A DNA stretch of 64,000 bases, from contig NZ_OZ253579.1 of assembly GCF_965263005.1 (NCBI RefSeq), positions 1,219,668 through 1,283,667 on the forward strand, written 5' to 3'. Each line of letters opens with the position of its first letter. Within the stretch, counting starts at the first letter, position 1. The stretch comes from Candidatus Rariloculus sp. (GTDB lineage: Bacteria > Pseudomonadota > Gammaproteobacteria > Steroidobacterales > Rariloculaceae). Positions 34,034-43,966 of the stretch are shown here, in pieces. Below the pieces are notes generated by a model that was not told the origin of the DNA, ran no database searches, and was given only the letters and a program-made list of their open reading frames with translations. Both the position numbers and the translations under genes were made by a program.

Positions 34034-34761
34034 GACTTGCGCTGGTTTTCGGTTTCCTCGCGCTCGCCGCCTGCGCAACGAGCCCGCGCGACCAGACCCC
34101 AGTCTATGTCGTTCAGCCGGGCGATACGCTGTATACGATCGCGTGGCGCTATGGCGTCGATTACCGCACGTTGGCGAGCTGGAACGGCCTGGAGAATCCC
34201 GATTTGATCCTGGTGGGACAGCTCATCCGGCTCTCGGCGTCGCCGGGTGCCGAACCCGAGCCGCGGGTCGCGGCGCCTGCTCCGCAACCCGCCCCGCGCG
34301 CGCCTACGGCGCCCGGCCCGCGTGTCGCGGCGCCGGTTCCGCAACCCGCCCAACGCGCGCCTGCGCCGCCGGGCCCCGTGCTGCCTTCGCCTCGCTGGCA
34401 GTGGCCGACACAGGGGCCGGTGATCAGCGAGTTCGGTTCCACGCAGGCCATCGCGAGCGGCATCGGCATTGGCGGGCGGCCACGCCAGCCTGTCAACGCG
34501 GCTGCCGGCGGGCGCGTCGTTTATGCCGGCAGCGGCCTGATCCGATACGGTCAACTTGTCATCATCAAGCACAACGACACGTTTTTGAGCGCATACGGGT
34601 ACAACGACAGGCTGGTCGTCGATCAGGGCGACGACGTTCGCCAAGGTCAAAAGATCGCCGAGATGGGTCTCGGCCCCGAGCGCACTGCGCGCCTGCACTT
34701 CGAGATCAGGCGAAATGGCGTGCCCGTCAACCCGGCGCAGTATTTGTCCGCGCGCCAATGA
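34030..34761 (+). CDS. nlpD: Murein hydrolase activator NlpD (lipoprotein; LysM plus degenerate M23 domain)
   Basis: From ATG 34030: lipobox FLALAAC, LysM region YVVQPGDTLYTIAWRYG, a Pro/Ala linker, and M23-like ...HFEIRRNGVPVNP. Confidence 0.87.
   Translation: MRLALVFGFLALAACATSPRDQTPVYVVQPGDTLYTIAWRYGVDYRTLASWNGLENPDLILVGQLIRLSASPGAEPEPRVAAPAPQPAPRAPTAPGPRVAAPVPQPAQRAPAPPGPVLPSPRWQWPTQGPVISEFGSTQAIASGIGIGGRPRQPVNAAAGGRVVYAGSGLIRYGQLVIIKHNDTFLSAYGYNDRLVVDQGDDVRQGQKIAEMGLGPERTARLHFEIRRNGVPVNPAQYLSARQ
34261..34374 (+). repeat. In-frame 2 x 57 bp tandem repeat in the NlpD Pro/Ala linker
   Basis: PRVAAPAPQPAPRAPTAPG followed by PRVAAPVPQPAQRAPAPPG. Copies at 34261-34317 and 34318-34374. Confidence 0.9.
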
Positions 34762-34762
34762 C

Positions 34763-34866
34763 CAGCCGGGCGCGGCCGGATTCAGCAGCGCCGCGACAAC
34801 TCTGCGATGCTCGTCAGCCGGGCGCGGCCGGATTCAGCAGCGCCGCGACAACCCTGCGATGTTCGC
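34763..34866. repeat. 2 x 52 bp tandem duplication covering the 3' end of the DUF498 gene
   Basis: 34763-34814 and 34815-34866 differ at about 3 positions. Copy 2 encodes the last ~17 codons of the minus-strand gene. Copy 1 is a non-coding echo lying between the convergent stop codons. Confidence 0.95.
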
Positions 34867-35224
34867 TCGCGAGCACGTTGAAGGTCCGGCAGGCGGCCGG
34901 CGTGCTCATGATCTCCAGTCCAATCCCGAGTTTGGCGAGGGACGCGATCAGGCCGATGTCGGGGACTGCCGTCTCGGCGCCGGTTCCGAGCAGAATGATC
35001 TCGGGATCGAGATCGATCGCGGGGGCGAGATCCTCGAGTGCGATCGGGGCCGCTTCGCCGACGGTCCAGTCCGGCACGATGCTGTCCGGTGCAACGATGA
35101 CGTGGCCGGTCAGCCACTGTGTGCCGATCAGCATGCGCCCTGCCTCCCAGGCGTGAATCAGATTGGAGTCCGTGGATTCCCTGCTAAGCTGCAACGTGTG
35201 GTTCCCGCCGCGATCCTGAAGCAC
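34814..35224 (-). CDS. Mth938-like / DUF498 family protein (start uncertain)
   Basis: PEIILLGTGAE...GIGLEIMSTPAACRTFNVLASEHRRVVAALL matches the DUF498 (Xcc1710-like) pattern. Candidate starts are GTG 35224 and TTG 35194. The track start at 35338 is probably too long. Confidence 0.7.
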   Translation of the reverse strand: MLQDRGGNHTLQLSRESTDSNLIHAWEAGRMLIGTQWLTGHVIVAPDSIVPDWTVGEAAPIALEDLAPAIDLDPEIILLGTGAETAVPDIGLIASLAKLGIGLEIMSTPAACRTFNVLASEHRRVVAALLNPAAPG

Positions 35225-35373
35225 GATTATATGTAATTGTCGTGGGCAGACGCTGCGGCACGAGCGCGGCGCACCCGCGAGCCAAGCCTGCAGCTGGGTT
35301 TCGCTGCGGGATCGTCGCGTCGAACGAATAATGCACATGATAGTATGCGCGCACGAATTTTCAGGCCCCTCCG

Positions 35374-36469
35374 ATGGAACCGACCCGGATCAATGCCAAG
35401 CTCGGTGAGCTTCAGGAGCGCTGCAGCGCTCTGAGGGGGTACCTTTGACTATGAAGCCAAGCGCGAGCGCCTCGAGGAAGTCGACCGGGAGCTCGAGTGT
35501 CCCGACGTCTGGTCCGAGCCCGAGCGCGCCCAGAGCCTCGGCAAGGAGCGGGCCGCGCTCGAGCGCGTCGTCGCAACGATAAGCCGAATCGACAAGTCGC
35601 TGGGTGAGACGCGCGAGTTGCACGCGCTCGCCGAGGCGGAGCGCGATGAGGACACCCTGCACGACCTGATCGACGAGCTTTCCGGCCTGGAAGCGGACAT
35701 CGGACGGCTTGAGTTCCACCGGATGTTCGCCGGCGAGATGGACGGGCACAGTGCCTTCGTGGACATTCAGGCGGGTTCCGGCGGGACGGAAGCGCAGGAC
35801 TGGGCGGAGATGCTGTTGAGGATGTACCTGCGCTGGGGCGAGGAGCACGGTTTCGATACCGAACTACTGGAACTCTCCGGCGGCGATGTCGCGGGAATCA
35901 AGAGCGCCACGGTTAACTTCAGAGGCGAGTACGCTTATGGCTGGCTGCGCACGGAGACGGGCGTCCACCGCCTCGTGCGGAAGTCGCCGTTCGACGCCGG
36001 ACACCGCAGGCACACCTCGTTCGCGGCCGTGTTTGTCGCGCCGGAACTCGAAGACGCGATCGAGATCGAGATTAATCCCGCGGATCTGCGGATCGACGTC
36101 TACCGTGCCAGCGGGGCCGGCGGTCAGCACGTGAACAAGACCGAGTCGGCCGTGCGCATCACTCACGCACCGTCCGGGATCGTTGTGCAGTGCCAGAACG
36201 ACCGGTCCCAGCACAGGAACAAGGCAACGGCGATGGGGCAGCTCAAGGCCAAGCTGTACGAGCTCGAGCAGCAGCAACGGCGCGAGCAGGCCGAAGCGAT
36301 AGAAGGCGGCAAGTCCGATATCGGCTGGGGCAGTCAGATCCGGTCCTACGTGCTCGACAAATCCCGGGTCAAGGACTTGAGGACCGGAGTCGAGAGCGGT
36401 CAGCCGAGCGCCGTGCTCGATGGCGGTATCGACATGTTTCTCGAAGAGAGCTTGAAGCGGGGGGTGTAG
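35374..36469 (+). CDS. prfB: Peptide chain release factor 2, expressed through a programmed +1 frameshift: join(35374..35445,35447..36469)
   Basis: Frame 0 reads [24 protein letters not shown] and then TGA. The +1 frame continues [17 protein letters not shown]... and carries SPF-region and GGQ ([16 protein letters not shown]) motifs. Confidence 0.92.
35434..35449 (+). promoter_or_regulatory. prfB autoregulatory +1 frameshift site
   Basis: AGGGGGT ACC TTT GAC: an internal SD-like AGGGGG, then the CTT-TGA-C slippery/stop context as in E. coli prfB. Confidence 0.88.
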
Positions 36470-36475
36470 ATTCGG

Positions 36476-37981
36476 ATGTCCGATAACGACGGGCGCGGCG
36501 AGAGTCGTTTCATCGCCGAGCGGAGAAAGAAGCTCGATCGCCTGCGCGAGACCGGCGAGGCGTTCCCGAATGATTTTCACCGCGACTCGCTTGCCGGCGA
36601 GTTGACAGCCGCCTACGGCAGGCACGAGGCGGAGACGCTACAGAACGAGGCCGTCGACGTGAGAGTCGCCGGACGCATGATGACCCGCCGCATCATGGGC
36701 AAGAATAGCTTCGTCGATCTGCAGGACCGGTCAGGAAGGATCCAGTTGTTCGTGCAGAGAGACGCGATCGGCGCCGAGCGCTATGCCGAGTTCAAGAAAC
36801 TGGATCTCGGCGACATACTCGGCGCCGCCGGAAGGCTCTTCTACACGAACACGGGCGAGCTGTCCGTCAAGGTCGACGAGCTCAGCCTGCTTGTCAAGTC
36901 GCTGCGGCCGCTGCCGGAGAAGTGGCACGGGATCGCCGACCAGGAGCTCAAGCTGCGCCGGCGCTATCTCGATCTTCTTGTCAGCGGGAAGAGCCGTGAA
37001 GTGTTTCGGCAGCGTACCGCGCTTGCCAGATTCATCCGCTCGTTCCTCGACGCGCTCGACTTCATGGAGGTCGAAACGCCGATGATGCACCCGATTCCGG
37101 GCGGCGCTGCCGCCCGCCCGTTCGAGACCTACCACCATGCCCTGAAACAGAAGTTGTATCTGAGGATTGCGCCCGAGCTCTATCTCAAACGCTTGCTCGT
37201 CGGCGGGTTCGAACGCGTCTATGAGCTCAATCGCGTCTTTCGCAACGAGGGCTTGTCGACCCGGCACAATCCCGAATTCACGATACTTGAGATCTATCAG
37301 GCGTACGCGCAGTACACCGACGCCATGGTGCTGACCGAGAACATGATTCGCGAAAGCGCGCGATACCTGCTCGGCGGCACTGAGATGCAGTACCAGGGCG
37401 AGCAGTTCGACCTGGGCGCCGAGTTTCAGCGCCTGCCCTTCGAGGATGCGTTGCGCGAGATCAACGCGGAACTCAGTGGCGGCGACATCAGGGACGCCGG
37501 ACGGCTGGCCGGCCTCTGCGAGCGGCACGGCATCGAAATACAACCGGACTACGGCGCAGGGAAGCTGCAGCTTGAGCTGTTCGAGAAGACCGTGGAGCCC
37601 GAACTTTGCGGTCCGGTCTTCGTCACGCACTTCCCTGCTGAAGTTTCACCGTTGGCGCGCAGGACCGACGCCGACCCGTTTCTGGCGGACCGGTTTGAGC
37701 TCTTTATCGGTGGGCGCGAGATTGCCAACGGGTTCTCGGAGCTCAACGATCCGGAAGAGCAGGCCGAGCGCTTTCAGGCCCAGCTCGCCGCCAAGGAGCG
37801 CGGCGACGATGAGGCCATGTTCTTCGACGAGGACTACATTCGCGCACTGGAGTACGGCATGCCGCCGGCGGCAGGTATCGGCATTGGCGTCGATCGGCTG
37901 GCGATGCTGATCACGGATTCGCCGTCGATTCGCGATGTGCTGCTGTTTCCCCAGTTACGCGACGAACCCACCGCCCCGTGA
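36476..37981 (+). CDS. lysS: Lysine--tRNA ligase (class II)
   Basis: 501 aa. OB-fold N-domain and class II motifs (FRNEGLSTRHNPEFT, GIGIGVDRLAM). Conserved prfB-lysS pair. Confidence 0.95.
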   Translation: MSDNDGRGESRFIAERRKKLDRLRETGEAFPNDFHRDSLAGELTAAYGRHEAETLQNEAVDVRVAGRMMTRRIMGKNSFVDLQDRSGRIQLFVQRDAIGAERYAEFKKLDLGDILGAAGRLFYTNTGELSVKVDELSLLVKSLRPLPEKWHGIADQELKLRRRYLDLLVSGKSREVFRQRTALARFIRSFLDALDFMEVETPMMHPIPGGAAARPFETYHHALKQKLYLRIAPELYLKRLLVGGFERVYELNRVFRNEGLSTRHNPEFTILEIYQAYAQYTDAMVLTENMIRESARYLLGGTEMQYQGEQFDLGAEFQRLPFEDALREINAELSGGDIRDAGRLAGLCERHGIEIQPDYGAGKLQLELFEKTVEPELCGPVFVTHFPAEVSPLARRTDADPFLADRFELFIGGREIANGFSELNDPEEQAERFQAQLAAKERGDDEAMFFDEDYIRALEYGMPPAAGIGIGVDRLAMLITDSPSIRDVLLFPQLRDEPTAP

Positions 37982-38010
37982 CACTCGGGCACGGCTCGGC
38001 CCGGGAAGCG

Positions 38011-38919
38011 CTACTGCGCAGGCCGGTCGCCTTCTTCGTAGGGAAGCGGCAGACGGGTCAACCGCTTGCCGTCGACGTACAGTGGTCGCGTCGACGCGTC
38101 GAGGCCAACGACCGCAAGCAATTCGGAGCGATCGCAGGCTTCGGCCGCGCGGATGACCTGGCCAATGACCGAATGCTCCGCGTCGCGCACCGCCGCACCG
38201 GCCTCGGCCCGAGCGCCGGGCTCGATGGCGAATCGCTGCATGCGTCTTTTTACCGCGCCGAGGTTGTGGACCCGCGCAATGACTTCCTGGCCCGGATAGC
38301 AGCCCTTGTCGAACGCGATCGCGCCGAGCCGGTCGAGATTCAACATCTGGGGAACGAACTGATGCTCGAGCCCGGCCGTGATCGACGCGATGCCGAGCTC
38401 GATCTCCGCAAGCTCGGCGAGCGCAGGCGGCGCCCGTTTGCAATCCGCGACGAGGCCGGTCAGCGCGTGGGGGGAACCGATCAGATACGCAAGCTCCGGG
38501 CCGATGCGCAGCCGGCACACGCGGTCGATCTCGATCATGGCGTTTGCGCCGTCCGGAGGAACGCCAAGTCCGGCGAGCCGATCGTCCGTACCGCCGACAA
38601 CGCTAACGAGCGCGACATCAGCGGCCAGCGAAAGCTCGACGTCGGACCTGAGCACGAACATCCGCAGTTTGGCGGCGAGGCCGTCTGCATCGGCGCGCGG
38701 CGCCATGAGCAGCCAGCTCCGCCCCCTGGGTACAAGCCGGAACAGTGCGCGAAGCCGGCCCTTTGGATCGTGCCAGCCTGCGAGCGGAGCGGCGGTCCAG
38801 GGCAGCGCCGGAATGGCGAGACTCAACTGGGCATGCAGAAACGTGCGCGCGTCGTTGCCGGCGACCTCGATGAAGCCCAGGTCGTCGCGTTGACAGTAGC
38901 GTGAAGAGTGATTCTGCAT
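38011..38919 (-). CDS. ygfZ: Folate-binding tRNA-modification / Fe-S cluster repair protein YgfZ (GcvT-like)
   Basis: From ATG 38919: ...GFIEVAGNDARTFLHAQLS... and the KGCYPGQE motif characteristic of YgfZ. The track ORF start at 39207 overlaps the divergent DUF1674 gene. Confidence 0.8.
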   Translation of the reverse strand: MQNHSSRYCQRDDLGFIEVAGNDARTFLHAQLSLAIPALPWTAAPLAGWHDPKGRLRALFRLVPRGRSWLLMAPRADADGLAAKLRMFVLRSDVELSLAADVALVSVVGGTDDRLAGLGVPPDGANAMIEIDRVCRLRIGPELAYLIGSPHALTGLVADCKRAPPALAELAEIELGIASITAGLEHQFVPQMLNLDRLGAIAFDKGCYPGQEVIARVHNLGAVKRRMQRFAIEPGARAEAGAAVRDAEHSVIGQVIRAAEACDRSELLAVVGLDASTRPLYVDGKRLTRLPLPYEEGDRPAQ

Positions 38920-38966
38920 CGAGTCGGCCGGATGCGAAAGTGACAGGTTTCTGGCACACTTTACCG

Positions 38967-39143
38967 ATGTCCGACAAGCGTGAACAGCAGGCGACCGAGC
39001 AACACACTGAGGCTCGGGCCGAGGCTCCGGCAACCGGGTCCGGGGAACGCGCGGAGCGCCCGACGGAGATCGGCGGTCCCAGGGGCCCCGAGCCGACGCG
39101 CTACGGCGATTGGGAACGCGGCGGTCGTTGTATTGACTTCTAG
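38967..39143 (+). CDS. DUF1674 protein (bacterial SDHAF4-like succinate dehydrogenase assembly factor)
   Basis: 58 aa ending ...EIGGPRGPEPTRYGDWERGGRCIDF, the conserved DUF1674 C-terminus. Lies immediately upstream of sdhC. Confidence 0.75.
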   Translation: MSDKREQQATEQHTEARAEAPATGSGERAERPTEIGGPRGPEPTRYGDWERGGRCIDF

Positions 39144-39214
39144 CGCGGAGCTCGCCGTGGGGCAGTTCGGCCGGGCTCACGTCACTATCGATCCACGAGG
39201 AATACAAGAGCGAA

Positions 39215-39595
39215 ATGGATGGGGTTGAGCGGCCCTTGTCGCCGCACCTGCAGGTCTATCGATTACAGATCACGATGGTCCTGTCGAGCCTGCACAGGAT
39301 CACCGGGCTGCTGTTGACAGTGGGAGCGCTCGCGCTCGCCTGGTGGCTCGTTGCGCTGGCGAGCGGGCCCGAAGCCTATCGAACGGTCGAACAAGTCTAC
39401 GCTTCGTGGCCGTTCAAGCTGCTGCTCGCGGGCTGGACGTTCTGTTTCTTCTTTCATCTTTGCAACGGTGTGCGGCATCTGTTCTGGGACACCGGTCGAG
39501 GCTTCGAGCCGGCACAGTACCGTGCGAGCGGTTGGGCCGTCGTCGTCGTCTCGATACTCGCATCGGCCGTCTATACATTCCTGGTCATTTTTTGA
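39215..39595 (+). CDS. sdhC: Succinate dehydrogenase cytochrome b556 subunit
   Basis: 126 aa with 3 TM helices. RPLSPHLQVYRLQITMVLSSLHRITG is a typical SdhC sequence. Confidence 0.9.
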   Translation: MDGVERPLSPHLQVYRLQITMVLSSLHRITGLLLTVGALALAWWLVALASGPEAYRTVEQVYASWPFKLLLAGWTFCFFFHLCNGVRHLFWDTGRGFEPAQYRASGWAVVVVSILASAVYTFLVIF

Positions 39596-39605
39596 GGACG
39601 TTGCG

Positions 39606-39989
39606 TTGAGCCTGATTACACCGCTGAACAGGGTGCTCGGCCTCGGCACGGCGACCGGCGGCACGGAGCATTGGTGGGCGCAGCGCTTGACGGCGGTTGC
39701 GCTTGTTCCGCTCGGCTTGTGGTTCACCTTGTCGCTCGCGGGCTTCGACGATTATTCGTATGCAACGATGGCCGCCTGGCTTCGGAGCCCGATCACCGGC
39801 GCACTGCTTGTCGTGACGACGCTGTGCGTTGTCTATCACTCCTGGCTCGGCGTGCAGATCGTCGTCGAGGACTACATTCACGCCACCGGGCTCAAGGTGC
39901 TCGTCCTCGTGCTTTCGACGTTCGGTCACGCGCTCGGAGCGATCGCCGGGGTGTTTGCGATCCTGAAGATCGCTGTCGGGACATCCTGA
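39606..39989 (+). CDS. sdhD: Succinate dehydrogenase hydrophobic membrane anchor subunit
   Basis: About 127 aa with 3 TM helices. [18 protein letters not shown] and [16 protein letters not shown]. Probable TTG start at 39606. Confidence 0.85.
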   Translation: MSLITPLNRVLGLGTATGGTEHWWAQRLTAVALVPLGLWFTLSLAGFDDYSYATMAAWLRSPITGALLVVTTLCVVYHSWLGVQIVVEDYIHATGLKVLVLVLSTFGHALGAIAGVFAILKIAVGTS

Positions 39990-41776
39990 TGGTCCACGAG
40001 TACGAGTTTATCGACCACACCTACGACGTCGTGGTCATCGGCGCCGGCGGCGCAGGGCTCAGAGCCACGCTCGGGCTCGCCGAACAGGGGTTGTCGACGG
40101 CCTGTCTGACGAAGGTGTTCCCGACCCGGAGTCATACGGTCGCAGCCCAGGGCGGGATCAGCGCCGCGCTCGGCAACATGGGCGAGGACGATTGGCGCTG
40201 GCACATGTACGACACCGTCAAGGGATCTGACTGGCTCGGCGATCAGGACGCGATCGAATACATGTGCAAGGAGGCGCCCGCGTCGGTCATCGAGCTCGAG
40301 CACTACGGCGTACCGTTTTCGAGAACCGGGGACGGCCGGATCTATCAGCGTCCGTTCGGCGGTATGACGACGCGGTTCGGCGAGGGAACGGCCCAGCGCA
40401 CTTGCGCGGCGGCGGACCGAACCGGACACGCGATGCTGCATACCCTGTACCAGCAGTCACTCAAGCACGACGCCGAGTTCTTCATCGAATACTTCGCGAT
40501 CGATCTGATCATGGAGGATGGCGAGTGCCGCGGCGTCGTCGCGCTCGACCTGGCAGAGGGACGCCTGCATCGGTTCGCCGCCCGGATGGTCATTCTCGCC
40601 ACGGGAGGCTACGGCCGGGCGTATTTCTCGTGCACTTCGGCGCATATCTGCACCGGGGATGGCAACGCGATGGCGCTTAGGGCAGGGCTGCCGCTGCAGG
40701 ATCTGGAGTTCGTGCAGTTCCATCCGACCGGTATCTACGGTCCGGGCATGCTGATCTCCGAGGGCGTGCGAGGCGAGGGCGGCTATCTGACGAATTCGGA
40801 AGGCGAGCGGTTCATGGAGCGCTATGCACCGCACGCCAAGGATCTGGCTTCCCGCGATGTCGTCAGCCGCTCGATCACGATTGAGCTGCGCGAAGGCAGA
40901 GGCGTCGGGCGCGACAAGGATCACGTGCATCTTCACCTCGAGCACGTTGGCAGGGAGGTAATCGAGGAACGGTTACCGGGCATCGCCGAGACGGCACGGA
41001 TCTTTGCCGGGGTCGATGTGACCACGGACCCGATCCCCGTGCTGCCTACGGTGCACTACAACATGGGCGGCGTGCCGACAAACTTCCACGGCGAGGTGCT
41101 CGCCACCGACGAACGCGGCGAGGAAGTCATCGTGCCCGGCCTCATGGCCGTCGGTGAGGGCGCCTGCGTGTCCGTTCACGGTGCCAACCGGCTCGGTTCC
41201 AATTCATTGATCGACCTCGTGATTTTCGGCCGCGCCGCCGCACGGCGCTGCGGCGAGCTCATCGAGCCCGGTTCGCGGCAGAGGCCGTTCGCGGCCGCCG
41301 CGGGCGAGGAGGCCGTCGCCCGTGTCGACCGGCTGCGCAACGCGAACGGGTCGTTGCCGACGGCGCGGATCAGGCTCGATATGCAGCGCACGATGCAGGA
41401 TCACGCGGCCGTGTTCCGCACGGAAGACTCGCTCCGGGAGGGCATCGAGCGGCTCGAGCAGGTCTTCGCGTCGTTCGCCGACGTTCGCGTCGCCGACCGG
41501 GGCATGATCTGGAACACGGATCTCGTGGAGACGATCGAGCTTGAGAACCTGCTGCTTCAGGCCATGGGCACGATCAAGTCGGCGGTGAACCGCACCGAGA
41601 GCCGCGGCGCCCAGGCCAGAGAGGATTATCCCGAGCGCGACGACGAGCGCTGGCTCAAGCACACGCTTGCCTGGGTCGACGAGCGCGGCGCGGTTCGTTT
41701 CGATTATCGGCCGGTGCGGATGAACCCGATGACCGACGAGGTCGCGGCCGTACCGCCCAAGGCAAGAACTTACTGA
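39989..41776 (+). CDS. sdhA: Succinate dehydrogenase flavoprotein subunit
   Basis: [14 protein letters not shown] (FAD fold), the [10 protein letters not shown] covalent-FAD His region, and [11 protein letters not shown]. Confidence 0.95.
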   Translation: MVHEYEFIDHTYDVVVIGAGGAGLRATLGLAEQGLSTACLTKVFPTRSHTVAAQGGISAALGNMGEDDWRWHMYDTVKGSDWLGDQDAIEYMCKEAPASVIELEHYGVPFSRTGDGRIYQRPFGGMTTRFGEGTAQRTCAAADRTGHAMLHTLYQQSLKHDAEFFIEYFAIDLIMEDGECRGVVALDLAEGRLHRFAARMVILATGGYGRAYFSCTSAHICTGDGNAMALRAGLPLQDLEFVQFHPTGIYGPGMLISEGVRGEGGYLTNSEGERFMERYAPHAKDLASRDVVSRSITIELREGRGVGRDKDHVHLHLEHVGREVIEERLPGIAETARIFAGVDVTTDPIPVLPTVHYNMGGVPTNFHGEVLATDERGEEVIVPGLMAVGEGACVSVHGANRLGSNSLIDLVIFGRAAARRCGELIEPGSRQRPFAAAAGEEAVARVDRLRNANGSLPTARIRLDMQRTMQDHAAVFRTEDSLREGIERLEQVFASFADVRVADRGMIWNTDLVETIELENLLLQAMGTIKSAVNRTESRGAQAREDYPERDDERWLKHTLAWVDERGAVRFDYRPVRMNPMTDEVAAVPPKARTY

Positions 41777-41789
41777 TAGAGGGGGCACG

Positions 41790-42572
41790 ATGGCGCAGTT
41801 CCGGCTACCAGCCAATTCCCGAGTCAAGCGCGGCAAGAACTTCGGTGGCGCCGAAGGGGCCGCGGCCGCGCGAGAGTTCGAGATCTACCGGTACGAACCG
41901 GGTTCGGGCGAGAACCCGAGGGTCGACACTTTCCGCATCGACATGGACGATTGCGGCCCGATGGTGCTCGACGTACTGATCAAGATCAAAGACGAGACGG
42001 ACCCGTCGCTGACCTTCCGCCGCTCGTGCCGCGAGGGCATCTGCGGCTCGTGCTCGATGAATATCGACGGCACGAACACGCTGGCCTGCCTCAAGCCCGT
42101 CGAGGAGGTCAAAGGCGTAACGAGGATCTATCCGCTGCCGAGCATGCCGGTGGTCAAGGATCTTGTTACGGACATGACCAATTTCTACGCACAGTATGCG
42201 TCGATCAAACCCTGGATCGAGGCGCGCACACCGCCGCCGCCGGATCGCGAGCGCCTGCAGTCGAGGGAGGACCAGCAAAAGATCAACGAGCCTTCGGCGT
42301 GCATCCTGTGCGCGTGCTGCTCGACTTCGTGCCCGAGCTACTGGTGGAACCCGGAGCGCTACCTCGGTCCCGCGGTGCTGCTGCAGGCCTATCGCTGGAT
42401 TGTCGACAGCCGCGACGAATCGACGGGTGAGAGACTCGATGCGCTAGAGGACCCGTTTCGCCTGTATCGCTGCCACACGATCCTGAACTGCACAGCGGCC
42501 TGCCCCAAGGATCTCAACCCGGGACGGGCCATCGCCGAGATCAAGAAGCTCATGGCGGAGCGCCAGCACTAG
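41790..42572 (+). CDS. sdhB: Succinate dehydrogenase iron-sulfur subunit
   Basis: Cys clusters [21 protein letters not shown] and [12 protein letters not shown]. Confidence 0.95.
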   Translation: MAQFRLPANSRVKRGKNFGGAEGAAAAREFEIYRYEPGSGENPRVDTFRIDMDDCGPMVLDVLIKIKDETDPSLTFRRSCREGICGSCSMNIDGTNTLACLKPVEEVKGVTRIYPLPSMPVVKDLVTDMTNFYAQYASIKPWIEARTPPPPDRERLQSREDQQKINEPSACILCACCSTSCPSYWWNPERYLGPAVLLQAYRWIVDSRDESTGERLDALEDPFRLYRCHTILNCTAACPKDLNPGRAIAEIKKLMAERQH

Positions 42573-42699
42573 TTGGTCGTTCCAGACCTGAAACAGGGGT
42601 TGACCCCGCCTTCGTTTTAGCTGAATAGACCTGACTTCGTCGAGTAGAGGTCTCGGGCAAAGGCTTGGCTCGCATCCACCATTGGTGTAACGTAGGTGT

Positions 42700-42903
42700 A
42701 TGTCACGCACCAATTTGGACATCGACGATGAGGCGTGCGCAAAGATCATGCGCCGTTACCGTCTGACGACCAAGCGCGATGCAGTCAACTTCGCACTGCG
42801 CACCGTTGCGGCAGAACCTCTCGGCGTCGAAGAGGCTCGGCGTCTTCGCGGGTCGGGTTGGGAGGGCGATCTTGACGAGATGCGGACCAGCCGGCCCGCA
42901 TGA
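42700..42903 (+). CDS. vapB: Type II antitoxin, VapB family (Rv0623-like)
   Basis: 67 aa. MSRTNLDIDDEACAKIMRRYRLTTKRDAVNFALR is the typical N-terminus. 4 nt overlap with the downstream PIN gene. Confidence 0.8.
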   Translation: MSRTNLDIDDEACAKIMRRYRLTTKRDAVNFALRTVAAEPLGVEEARRLRGSGWEGDLDEMRTSRPA

Positions 42904-43286
42904 TACTGATCGACACATCCGCGTGGATCGAGTTTCTTCGTGACACCGGCTCGGTGACTTGCGATCGCGTCGACGCGCTGCTGGAACGCGATATTGCGAT
43001 CTGCGACGCGCTTCGGATGGAAGTACTCGCCGGGGCGCGCGACGAAAGGCATTTGCATGACCTTCGCCGGCTGCTCGCGCGTGCGACTGTTTTTCCCACC
43101 GCACCGGCGCACTATGACGATGCCGCAGCCCTTTTCCGCCAGTGTCGCCTAAGGGGAGAGACCGTTCGCAAGCTGATCGATTGCCTGATCGGGGCCATCG
43201 CGATTCGCGCAGACGTGCCCGTGCTCCATAACGATGCCGACTTCGACGTCCTGGCGCGTCATACGGACCTTAGCATCGCCGATTGA
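42900..43286 (+). CDS. vapC: PIN-domain toxin VapC
   Basis: 128 aa. MILIDTSAWIEFLR (first acidic residue), ...EVLAGA..., ...DCLIGAIA..., ...HNDADFD. Confidence 0.85.
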   Translation: MILIDTSAWIEFLRDTGSVTCDRVDALLERDIAICDALRMEVLAGARDERHLHDLRRLLARATVFPTAPAHYDDAAALFRQCRLRGETVRKLIDCLIGAIAIRADVPVLHNDADFDVLARHTDLSIAD

Positions 43287-43444
43287 ACTTCCCCGGGGTT
43301 TCAGGGGACCGTTTCGTTTGGTGCACTGAGCATGACGGGGCGTGCCGGGCCGCGTTTCCCACCGCCTGCCCACCGGCGCCAGGGCGTGTTGGGGGCCCGC
43401 GCCCGTGGACACGCCGTGGAAAACGCGACGGCGACCTCGGCGAG

Positions 43445-43648
43445 GGACCATCCAATCACGAAGACGCGCTTCGCCGCGGTAGATTTCAACTCATCAGGGA
43501 ATGGATCGTACAATTAATTCAGGTAACCCATACCGAACCAAGACTCACCGTTCGTACACCACTTCCGGGGACGCCACTGCAGTGGCGGATCTGTTTCCGC
43601 TGGACCGACGAGGAGCCGTGCGACGTGGAGATCGTGGACTATCACTGA
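43445..43648 (+). pseudogene. higB: Decayed higB (RelE/ParE-superfamily killer protein) remnant
   Basis: Only the C-terminal signature ...LPG..WRICFRWTDEEPCDVEIVDYH is recognisable (compare NWRIxFRF...DYxDYH). The N-terminal half and the central strand are missing or scrambled, and no plausible start codon is present. Lies directly upstream of an intact higA. Confidence 0.55.
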
Positions 43649-43654
43649 GGAGGC

Positions 43655-43966
43655 GTGGGAATGAACGTTAGAAACGGAATGAGGCCGGTGCATCCGGGCG
43701 AGATCCTGCGCGAGGAACTCGACACGCTCGGGCTGTCGGCCAATGCGTTGTCGAAGGAACTGGGTGTGCCGGTGAACAGGGTCACGATGATTCTGAACGG
43801 CCAGCGCGGCGTGAGCGGCAACACGGCGCTGCGGTTGGCGAGATACTTTGGAACTACGCCACAACTTTGGCTGAATCTGCAAAAGACCTGGGAATTTCGT
43901 CGCGCAGAGATTGATGCAGCGCGGGAAATCGCAGAGCGCGTCACGCCTCGACAAACGGTGGCCTAG
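43655..43966 (+). CDS. higA: HigA-family antitoxin (XRE-type HTH)
   Basis: VHPGEILREELDTLGLSANALSKELGVPVNRVTMILNGQRGVSGNTALRLARYFGTTPQLWLNLQ is a canonical HigA sequence. Confidence 0.87.
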   Translation: MGMNVRNGMRPVHPGEILREELDTLGLSANALSKELGVPVNRVTMILNGQRGVSGNTALRLARYFGTTPQLWLNLQKTWEFRRAEIDAAREIAERVTPRQTVA

